A DNA stretch of 38,172 nt, taken from the NCBI GenBank assembly GCA_964619725.1, contig CAZUFC010000052.1, positions 16,301-54,472 of the forward strand. The letters are read 5' to 3'. A model generated the notes under the pieces. It was not told the DNA's origin. It searched no databases and saw nothing but the letters and a program-made list of their open reading frames with translations. The stretch comes from an uncultured bacterium (GTDB taxonomy: Bacteria; CSSED10-310; CAZUFC01). The number at the start of each line of letters is the position of its first letter. The stretch's first letter is position 1. Position numbers and translations under genes: made by a program. Below are positions 1 to 8,005 of this stretch, piece by piece.

Positions 1-270
1 CCGAAGTGAGATAGGTGTGCCGGGGTTTTGCGGAGGGCTCTGACCCCCGTGCGAACCCTTGGACCACCGAAGTGAGATAGGTGTACCGGGGATTTGCGGA
101 GGGCTCTGCGGAGGGCTCTGACCCCCGTGCGAACCCTTGGATCTCCGAAGTGAGATAGGTGTACCGGGGATTTGCGGAGGGCTCTGACCCCCGTGCGAGC
201 CCCTGGACCTTCGATGTGGGATAGGTGTTCCGGGGATTTGCGGAGGGCTCTGATTCCCTTGCGAGCCCTT
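1..270. repeat. Tandem array of a 66-bp GC-rich hairpin-forming (REP-like) unit, at least 4 copies, possibly continuing past the window start
   Basis: Units start at 1, 67, 145 and 211. Unit 2 is 78 bp because of a 12-bp duplication (cggagggctctg), and unit 4 is degenerate. Each unit contains an imperfect inverted repeat, ggggatttgcggaggg-ctctga-cccccgtgcgaaccc. Confidence 0.9.
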
Positions 271-284
271 ACTCTTCCTTAATT

Positions 285-687
285 CTGAACTCCTGTCATT
301 GGTCCTCTCGAAAATTGTGAATTATGTTTCTCTTACGGAAAAACTGAGTTTCAATTTTGAACTGGGGTAAGCGCCGGGGAAAACTTTTGATAACTCGCAC
401 AATCTTTTTAGGATTTCCCTTCTCTGCGGATAATGCATGGGCTCCAAAGCCGCTTCAAGGTTATTTCCGCTGATTTTCAGATCGCTGTTGAGTTTCATCA
501 TGCTTCTGAAGAGGTCTCTGCCGTCATTTTCGCTTCGTGAATAAAGAGGACTTATTAATTCGACCAGAGACGTTTCCAGTCGATATGCGGTCATTCGCAT
601 TGAATCTATGAACCACTTTTTCTTCCGGGACAATTTGACGGGATTTTTTTTCAGTATAGATTTAAGCGGAACCGGCCGCGGACAATC
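285..687 (-). pseudogene. 3' remnant of an IS-type transposase with a probable degenerate terminal repeat
   Basis: ORF 322..633 (frame open to ~687) reads PVKLSRKKKWFIDSMRMTAYRLETSLVELISPLYSRSENDGRDLF...LKRLCE...YPSSKLKLSFSV. As I recall it, this resembles the C-terminus of a family of long putative transposases. There is no catalytic N-terminal part. TGACAGGAGTTCAG (minus strand, 298..285) follows the stop and may be the element end. Confidence 0.6.
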
Positions 688-807
688 TTATTGTGTTAAG
701 CGTACGTAACAGCAAGCTTTGTTAAGAGGGAATTCAATACGCCGATTTGTTTGTTGAAAACAATTTGTGTATATTATTTGATCGGTCATGAAAAAGGAAG
801 GTCAATT

Positions 808-1527
808 ATGGATAAAAAAGCAATGGAGCCTTTCGGAAAAGCTTTACTTGACTTTCACAGGGGCGTATTTTCATCGAGGTTATTCGTAAGGCGTGATGAC
901 GGACTTGAGGAGGAGCTTCCCCTGGGCATGTTTTTCAGATCGGAAGAGGAGTCGTCGGCTATAGATCGACTGGCGATCGAATCCTGCCGGTCTCCTGTGC
1001 TGGATGTCGGTGGGGGAGCGGGAAGCTGCAGTTTGGTATTGCAGGCAAGAGGCATAGAGGTTACGGCTATTGATATTTCGCCTCATGCCGTAGAAGTAAT
1101 GAAGGACAGGGGCGTCAAGGCTGCCCGTTGCGCCGACGTTTACAGTTTCGAAGGCCCTGTTTTCGATACGCTTCTGCTATTGGGGCGCAGCATTGGAATG
1201 GTCGAAACCGTTGAAGGATTAGAGCGTTTTTTGAAAAAATCCCATCGTTTGTTGAACGACCGGGGACAAATACTGTGCGACTCATTGGACGTTCGACAGA
1301 CAGACGATCCGAAACACCTGTCTTACCAGGATAACCTGTTAAAATCCGGCCGTTATTTCGGAGAAATCAGAATCCGCCTGGAATACGGAAATCTAATCGG
1401 ACCCTGGCACAGGTGGCTCCATGTGGACAGGCAAACACTCTCACGCTGCGCCAGAGATGTAGGATTTGAATTCGCTTTGCTGATCGACAATAAATATGGA
1501 GAATATCTCGCTCGACTGTCCCTTTGA
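808..1527 (+). CDS. Class I SAM-dependent methyltransferase
   Basis: Motif I VLDVGGGAG, AIDISP and FDTLLLLG. ATG at 808 follows AAGGAAGG and is preferred over the TTG at 751. Confidence 0.9.
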   Translation: MDKKAMEPFGKALLDFHRGVFSSRLFVRRDDGLEEELPLGMFFRSEEESSAIDRLAIESCRSPVLDVGGGAGSCSLVLQARGIEVTAIDISPHAVEVMKDRGVKAARCADVYSFEGPVFDTLLLLGRSIGMVETVEGLERFLKKSHRLLNDRGQILCDSLDVRQTDDPKHLSYQDNLLKSGRYFGEIRIRLEYGNLIGPWHRWLHVDRQTLSRCARDVGFEFALLIDNKYGEYLARLSL

Positions 1528-1883
1528 TTTTCATAATCCAGAACTCCCCTATTCACGCCCTTCACACTGGACGGTCGAATTTAGAGAATTCAATCACCGG
1601 AGACGCCGGTGAAGTTTACGTTATTACAATGTTCACGATCGACATTTGCCCGGCGATTTTCCACAAACTCTATTCACCATTCAAATTTTTATATTGGACA
1701 GGCGCTGCCTTTTCCTCTGGTCATTGACTGATATTTCACGTTCTGCTAATGTGAAAAAAGGAGTAAAAATTAATGAAGCGCTTCCGTCGAAAATTATTGC
1801 GATTTAACGCCATATCGAAAAATGTTCTGGAAAATTCAAGCAGGAATATTATGGGTAGAAATTAATTGAGGAAGGATTCAGAA

Positions 1884-3638
1884 ATGACGATGCCGAAACT
1901 GTTCCATTTACTGGAGAACGGGGAATATGACGAGATACTGAGGTTAATGAGAGAGGGTGAGACTCCTGACGTAAGGCACGGAGACGAGAGTTTGCTGATG
2001 AGAGCAGTGATCGTCGGCGAAGTGAATTTTGTAAAAGAGCTGATAGAGCAGGGAGCTGATGCCGGATATACATCGTTGACCGTTTCGCCTTTAATTTCCG
2101 TCATATGTTCTTCTCAGCCGGAAAAGGTTGAGCTTGTAAAACTTTTGGTACAAAGCGGTGCGGCGATTAATCATCAGGACCATGAAGGAAGAAGCGCGCT
2201 TCATCATGCCGCAATGCACAGAGAACCGGATATATGCCGGATATTGATTGAAGCCTCCGCCTCGATCGACGATCCTGATTTTGAGGGGCTTACTCCCCTG
2301 ATGCATGCGCTGGCCGGGGGAATGTGGGACACTGCTTCATTGTTGCTTGACAAGGGAGCTTCACCTCATCCGGCGGATGAGAATTCTCCTGCGCCGCTTT
2401 ATTACGCCGCCTCACCTTATGAGGATGATTCGTCCGGCGTTGCGCTCCTGTTAAAGCGCGGCGCATCGCCGAACGGAAACAAAATGAACAGACCCTTGAA
2501 CGCAGCGGCTCATAGAGGACATAAAAAAATTGCAGCTTATCTTCTTGAGAAGGAGGCGAATACAGATTTAGCGGATTATGAGGGAATTACGGCTTTGCAG
2601 GCTTCGCTTATGAAAGGGGAGTCCGGCGTCGCCTCACTTCTTTTAGACCACGGCGCTTCGGCCGGAATTTCAAACGCGAAAGGAGAAACAGCGCTTCATT
2701 TAGCCGTAAAGTCCCGAAAGATAACATCAGAAGTTATTGAAATGTTGCTCAAAAAGGACCAGGACCCTTTCGTCACGGACAGCAGCGGCAAATCGGCCTA
2801 TGAACTGGCTGTAACCTCAGGGCGTCCTGAATTAGTAGTCATTTTCGACCGTTACGCCCAATCACCAAAAAAGTCAAACGACAAATCAGCCGCCAGACTC
2901 ATCAAGCTTTGCAGATCAGGAACTTACCAGGAATGTGCTGACGCGCTTCAAAATGACGTATATTCACAGGAAACGCTGACCCAGGCCTTTTACAAGGCAA
3001 AAGACCGCTCGTCTCGGGATATATGCCGCTTACTGCTGGACAACGGACTGTCTCCTGACGGCACGCCGGATAATCCTCTCATCTTTCCGGCAGTTACACG
3101 TTTACCCCCTGACTTTGAACTGGCGGGGATTATTCTGGTGAAAAATCCTGATTTTAATATTTTCGATGAAAACGGAGAATCTCCTCTGGGCTACCTCTGC
3201 GGCGGAGCGGAAACGCAAAAGGAGGTTTTCGACAGACCCTTCATTTACGACTCCGAAGACGAAAAAAGAGTGCATAACCTGATTAAATCGATCGTCAGGA
3301 AAGGAGCAGACGTTAATTTAAAAAATATGCTCGGAACGACTCCTTTTATGCATGCCGTTTACCGAAGGCCCCTGAGAACCGTTGAATTCCTGGTCGATCA
3401 CGGCGCCAATATTTTTACGGTCAATAAATATGGAGATACGCCTCTTCATTCTGCCTCCGGCCGCTATGCAGAAGGAAGGCATAATGTGGTTCAAATCCTG
3501 CTGAAGAGAGGCGCTGATCCCTTGCAAAAAAATAATCAGGGAGAAACGTCGATCGACAGGTCCGAAAAACGGGGATTCGAAGATACCGCTGAATTATTGA
3601 AGCAATTCGCACGAATCAACAGAAGACACGGTCCTTAA
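1884..3638 (+). CDS. Ankyrin repeat protein (two blocks of repeats, cytoplasmic)
   Basis: Many G-x-(T/S)-(P/A)-L-(H/M)-x-A...LL-x-x-GA repeats, e.g. GRSALHHAA, GLTPLMHAL, GETALHLAV, GDTPLHSAS. ATG 1884 follows GAGGAAGG; the ORF is open from 1866. Confidence 0.92.
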   Translation: MTMPKLFHLLENGEYDEILRLMREGETPDVRHGDESLLMRAVIVGEVNFVKELIEQGADAGYTSLTVSPLISVICSSQPEKVELVKLLVQSGAAINHQDHEGRSALHHAAMHREPDICRILIEASASIDDPDFEGLTPLMHALAGGMWDTASLLLDKGASPHPADENSPAPLYYAASPYEDDSSGVALLLKRGASPNGNKMNRPLNAAAHRGHKKIAAYLLEKEANTDLADYEGITALQASLMKGESGVASLLLDHGASAGISNAKGETALHLAVKSRKITSEVIEMLLKKDQDPFVTDSSGKSAYELAVTSGRPELVVIFDRYAQSPKKSNDKSAARLIKLCRSGTYQECADALQNDVYSQETLTQAFYKAKDRSSRDICRLLLDNGLSPDGTPDNPLIFPAVTRLPPDFELAGIILVKNPDFNIFDENGESPLGYLCGGAETQKEVFDRPFIYDSEDEKRVHNLIKSIVRKGADVNLKNMLGTTPFMHAVYRRPLRTVEFLVDHGANIFTVNKYGDTPLHSASGRYAEGRHNVVQILLKRGADPLQKNNQGETSIDRSEKRGFEDTAELLKQFARINRRHGP

Positions 3639-3735
3639 CCCGGATTTCTCATAAAAAATAGTATTGAGAGTGTTCAGATTTCCCCCGATCGCGCCCGAAC
3701 GCGTGAATGAAGTTAAATAGTGCATATCCGAAAAC

Positions 3736-3774
3736 AAAATTTGAATCGACAATCGAGTTTATGGACAGACGCTA
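3736..3774 (-). repeat. Dispersed 39-bp element end (MITE-like terminus), copy 1
   Basis: The reverse complement tagcgtctgtccataaactcgattgtcgattcaaatttt matches 36068..36106 at 33 of 39 positions. Confidence 0.65.
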
Positions 3775-3826
3775 GGCAGGGATGTTAGTAACAGGTTTTG
3801 TAGGAGAAATCCAGGCTGACAGCGCT

Positions 3827-4423
3827 TCAGAACCTTTCCGTATAGAAATGGCAGTAAGGCTTGCTCTGCTTGTTCATATAATAGTCCTGATGGTAATCTT
3901 CACCCTTCCAGAATTTATCGGCCTTGCTTAATTTGGTGGCCACTTTGTAACCCTTTTCCTTCAGTATGTCGATCAATTTCTCTGCAGTTTTTTTCTGCTC
4001 TTCATCAACGTAAAAAATTTCCGATCTGTATTGATTGCCTATGTCAGGACCCTGCCGGTTTACCTGAGTCGGATCATGTATCTCAAAAAAGAGCCGCGCC
4101 AGGGTTTCAAACGATGTTTTTTCAGGATCGTAAACGACTTCAACCGTTTCAGCATGCCCTGTCCGTCCCGTGGTGACTTCCCGGTAGGAAGGATCATCTT
4201 TTTCTCCCCCCATGTATCCGACAGTGGTTGAAAGCACGCCTTCAGACTGCTGAAAATAATATTCCGTTCCCCAGAAACATCCTCCGGCAAAGTAGGCTTT
4301 CTCCGTTTTACCGGAAGTTTCCGTTTTTTTATTGTCATTCATGTCAATGTCCTTTCCTGCTGACGATATATTGAAACCTGAGAACATTAAAAGAAGGCTC
4401 AAGAGAAGGATTGCATTTTTCAT
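3827..4423 (-). CDS. msrA: Peptide-methionine (S)-S-oxide reductase MsrA with N-terminal signal peptide
   Basis: FAGGCFWG, GYMGG, TGHAETV, HDPTQVNRQGPDIGNQYRS, EDYHQDY and C-terminal YC motifs. ATG 4423 follows GGAGGT and starts a hydrophobic leader, MKNAILLLSLLLMFSGFNISSA. Confidence 0.95.
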   Translation of the reverse strand: MKNAILLLSLLLMFSGFNISSAGKDIDMNDNKKTETSGKTEKAYFAGGCFWGTEYYFQQSEGVLSTTVGYMGGEKDDPSYREVTTGRTGHAETVEVVYDPEKTSFETLARLFFEIHDPTQVNRQGPDIGNQYRSEIFYVDEEQKKTAEKLIDILKEKGYKVATKLSKADKFWKGEDYHQDYYMNKQSKPYCHFYTERF

Positions 4424-4738
4424 TTTAGATACCTCCGTTAAGTTAACGGTCCCTTTTGTATGATCCAAAATAAACAATGAGGATTCATATAAAATATTGG
4501 ATTATTCGGCGAAGGTTTGCCGCTGTAAGCGCTCAACGAAGCGGAAAAGGGATGGGGCAACAAGAGTTCGACGGCAATTGCTGCTTTGGCGTAATCATTT
4601 TGCAGTCCTGTAAAAGCGCAGACCGGTCCGGCAATGAGAAATATCCCTCTGCCCGTCCAATCCTTCCCATTTTTCATACAAACGGTCAGAAATGATTTCA
4701 TGGAAGAGGGCTGTATCTGAATTGCCGTGATTTTTTAA

Positions 4739-6127
4739 TCAGTCTGATGACCAGCCGAATGATACAGAGTCCCAGGCGCCCAGAATTTGGGAAAGGTTTT
4801 TTTCCAGCAGAGCGCTGTAGAAGAGTATGCCTGAGCCGGCGCTGGGTTCGTCGGGCCACTGGAATCGAAGTATTTCCATTTGGTATGAATCGATGCCCAG
4901 GAAGACGGGTTCGTAGCTGAAATCCTGTGTCCAGTCGGGATGCCAGAAATAGATGCCGTAGGCGTCTAACAGGACTACGAAGGGTTGATCGGCGTATATT
5001 GCAGGACCGGGATTGGAAAGTGTGGCGGAAAGCAGGAAAAGGTCGCCGGGCTGAAAGCTGTTTTCCGACAGATCGAGTTTGACGCCGAGCGGGTTTGGAG
5101 CGGGGGTAGCGGAATTTTCCGGCGTAGGCGTATAAGTGTATTCCGGCGTATGGGTAGGAGCTGTATCGGGTTCATAATGAAAACCCATATCCACAACGCC
5201 TGTATCGACGCCTCCGTCGGTCCTCGTCGACAGATCATCCAGGCAGATCGTGACGTCGCCTGCCGTAAAGCAGATTCCCGCAGCGTTTCCGCTGCCTGCA
5301 TCCGCACAGGGGCTGTCCTCGTCCTGTCCTGATGCCGTCTGACTCAGATAGTAGTCGCCGAAGGCGCCTTCGACGAACCTGGGATTGCCGTCTATATTGC
5401 CGGCGCCGGCATAACCGCCCTGGATATCCGAGTAGGTTATCTGCGGGTCCGAATCTTCCAGTTTCAGGTTTTGGGGCGTATTTTCCCAAACGATGACGTC
5501 CGTTAGGACCGGCGATGACAGATAAAAAGATATGCCTCCGCCGTTGCCGCTATTCGCTGAATTATCGGCTATCGTGCAGGATTGTATCGTGGGAGAGCAT
5601 TCCGAGCAATATATCCCCCCGCCGTCCATCGCAAAATTATTCGTTATCTGACAATTGGTCATCACTGAGGAAGATTTATGAAAATAAGCGCCGCCGCCTG
5701 AATACACCGCTGAATTGTTGTGTATAATGCAATTGGAAATTGTCGGCGATGATTCGAAACAATTTATGGCGCCTCCGTTGAATTGCGCCGCTGCATTTAT
5801 GATCGTGAAACCGATGATCTCCGTATTTTCGTTTTCATTACTGTCGCAAATAAAACCTGTCGATTCGCCTTCACAGTCGATTATGCAGGCTCCGGGCCCA
5901 TTGTCGGAAATCAGCAATATCTCTTTACCCCCGAAACTTACCGCACGGTTTCCCGTTCCCGTATATGTTCCGTCCTCAACAAGTACGGTATCGCCGTTTT
6001 CGGCTATTTCCACAGCAGCCTGTATAGTAACTTCATCGGTCGGCACTCGAATGATCGCTGCATTCAACCAACCGGCCGTCAAGAAAAATAAGGCTGCTGC
6101 GATTCCAAAGTATCTTAATATGTTCAT
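4739..6127 (-). CDS. Secreted right-handed parallel beta-helix (Pmp/pectin-lyase-like) protein with P/T linker and conserved C-terminal domain
   Basis: Signal peptide, TIQAAVEIAENGDTVLVEDGTY, repeated N-x-A-x-x-GG(A/G)I-x-C...SPTI-x-x-C motifs, and a TPEYTYTPTP linker. The terminal ~115 aa are homologous to the end of the 31568..34774 protein. Confidence 0.85.
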   Translation of the reverse strand: MNILRYFGIAAALFFLTAGWLNAAIIRVPTDEVTIQAAVEIAENGDTVLVEDGTYTGTGNRAVSFGGKEILLISDNGPGACIIDCEGESTGFICDSNENENTEIIGFTIINAAAQFNGGAINCFESSPTISNCIIHNNSAVYSGGGAYFHKSSSVMTNCQITNNFAMDGGGIYCSECSPTIQSCTIADNSANSGNGGGISFYLSSPVLTDVIVWENTPQNLKLEDSDPQITYSDIQGGYAGAGNIDGNPRFVEGAFGDYYLSQTASGQDEDSPCADAGSGNAAGICFTAGDVTICLDDLSTRTDGGVDTGVVDMGFHYEPDTAPTHTPEYTYTPTPENSATPAPNPLGVKLDLSENSFQPGDLFLLSATLSNPGPAIYADQPFVVLLDAYGIYFWHPDWTQDFSYEPVFLGIDSYQMEILRFQWPDEPSAGSGILFYSALLEKNLSQILGAWDSVSFGWSSD

Positions 6128-6236
6128 ATTCCGTGCCCCCTTTTTGTCGCTGAAAAATTTCACCGTACATTATTACCCTTTATGCGATGTAATGTAAAGC
6201 CGCTGCTGTTTTTGGACAAAAACCAGGTTATTGTTA

Positions 6237-7721
6237 TCAGCGTTTAATCAGCGCAGCAAAAGCTTTTTCAGCCTGAAGTTCGCGGGCGAGATGAAGAAGG
6301 TCCAATCTTCGCAGAATATCTATAGTTATGGGGCGTTTATTGTCCCAGAATATCTGGGATTCATAAAAGCGGCGCGCAGCCTTCGAATTGAGCAGCGAAG
6401 CCAGGAATCGGGCATCTTTTTGCCGTTCGCAGGAAATGAAACAGCAGGTATCATCCATCATAGTCGGTTTTTTATCATAAGGACCGACGATTTTGAAATG
6501 GAGTTTTTTATACAAACCGGATATTGCTATTTTCCAGGGTTTGAAAGAGTACTCCCCTACTCCAAAAATCGAGAAGCGGGATCGATTTCTGTAGATCGAG
6601 CTTTTGCGATTATCCAGCAGTTCTGCATATCTCATCAGGTATTCCCAGGTTCGCGGAACTTTGTCTTTCAATTGAGCAGTCGATTCTCCGGTCCTTTTTT
6701 GAGTCACGATCATCCACCGGGTCGGGGCAGGAGCCTTTACTGCAGCTCCGGACAGGTCTGAACTTTTAAGCATAGGGAAAAGGCAGTCCGGTTCCAGTTC
6801 GACCATATCGCCGAAACCGTTGAAATAACGCTCGCCGTCACGCCTTAACTCCATAACCCGGCAGCAGTCATGCTTTATGCCTGATCGCCATTTATACCGT
6901 TCCTGCCCCTGGAGATGCTTCCATTTTTCGTATTCCTCCGCATCGGATATGAGTTTTCCGTCGCGAAATCCGAACGTTTGCAAAGGCTTCTCAGAGGCAT
7001 CGAGGTTATTGTAGATGCGACACTCAGGACGGGGCGGTTTTTCCGATGTTGAGACTGTCAACAGGCAGGCATCGGCATTAACGTTGAAATGTCTTTTCGC
7101 ATCTATCAGATAAATGTCAGCCTGTTCGAAGGCGTATCCATTCGTCCACACATGCCGTAGGACCTTCCTGGCTACAGGCGTTTTGCACAGCATGGCTAAA
7201 ACGGCTTTGCGAGATGATACCTGTTCCAGCATCCGGATAATCATCCATTCGGAAATATCAAAATTACTTTTACCCGTGAGCGCATCCAAACCCTCAAACT
7301 TCTGTTTATTACATTTAAAGGGAAGGTTTTTCGCTCCTAATTTACCTAATTCAGCGCTGGTCGCCCAAGGCGGATTACCTAATATCAATAAAGAATCGGG
7401 CGCTTCTTTTAACTCGGCCTTCCAATCGGTCACAAAAAAATCCCGGTGAATGACTCGCACCTTTTCCCCCAGGATATGCCGCTTAAGGCTATTGGCCAGA
7501 GCCGCGGTGTATTCGCCGTTGATATCGTAACCATAAGCCTTTTCAATCGACGGAAATGCTTCTAAGGCCGCAAAAAGAAAATTACCATGACCGCATGAAG
7601 GCTCCACGACCGACCGGGGAGAAATATCCTGATCCGACAGCATACGGCATACCTCATGGCAAAGCTCAACCGGCGTCTGAAAATCGCCGAATTCCTTTTT
7701 CTTCCGTGATTTTTGCCTCAT
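6237..7721 (-). CDS. Orphan amino (probably N6-adenine) DNA methyltransferase, gamma-type motif order
   Basis: FGDFQTP (motif X), VEPSCGHGNF (motif I), ILGNPPW (motif IV), then a C-terminal target-recognition-like region. No adjacent endonuclease. Confidence 0.88.
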   Translation of the reverse strand: MRQKSRKKKEFGDFQTPVELCHEVCRMLSDQDISPRSVVEPSCGHGNFLFAALEAFPSIEKAYGYDINGEYTAALANSLKRHILGEKVRVIHRDFFVTDWKAELKEAPDSLLILGNPPWATSAELGKLGAKNLPFKCNKQKFEGLDALTGKSNFDISEWMIIRMLEQVSSRKAVLAMLCKTPVARKVLRHVWTNGYAFEQADIYLIDAKRHFNVNADACLLTVSTSEKPPRPECRIYNNLDASEKPLQTFGFRDGKLISDAEEYEKWKHLQGQERYKWRSGIKHDCCRVMELRRDGERYFNGFGDMVELEPDCLFPMLKSSDLSGAAVKAPAPTRWMIVTQKRTGESTAQLKDKVPRTWEYLMRYAELLDNRKSSIYRNRSRFSIFGVGEYSFKPWKIAISGLYKKLHFKIVGPYDKKPTMMDDTCCFISCERQKDARFLASLLNSKAARRFYESQIFWDNKRPITIDILRRLDLLHLARELQAEKAFAALIKR

Positions 7722-7913
7722 TTCTCCATATCGGTCCGTCGGACGAACAAAGATTCCTCTTCAGTAGTATCATATACCGATCATAAAGATCATTAATTTT
7801 CTGCTGTATCATCCGGAGAAAATTTTCCGACCAGGCGTTTTTCTAAAAACTCGGTCATCCGACGGAATATTTTGCAGGACGGCATTGTTTCATAAACCCT
7901 CGTTAAATCTCAT

Positions 7914-7942
7914 TTGACTTAACGTTCGATTTTGCCCATACT
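7914..7942 (+). promoter_or_regulatory. Putative sigma70 promoter of the Hsp70-kinase gene
   Basis: TTGACT-17 bp-CATACT about 63 bp upstream of ATG 8006. Confidence 0.45.
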
Positions 7943-8005
7943 TGAATGGATCGGGGGAATGCGTACGCTCGCTGAAAACAGTGAAACAGAACGTCGCATT
8001 TGATT

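Noticed and set aside
1-270. Possible CRISPR array
   Set aside because: The whole 66-bp unit repeats with no unique spacers, and there are no cas genes in the window.
1524-1727. 67-aa ORF after the methyltransferase and a 7-bp hairpin at 1594..1612
   Set aside because: The ORF has no SD or recognisable motif. The hairpin lacks a good U-tract, so it is not called a terminator.
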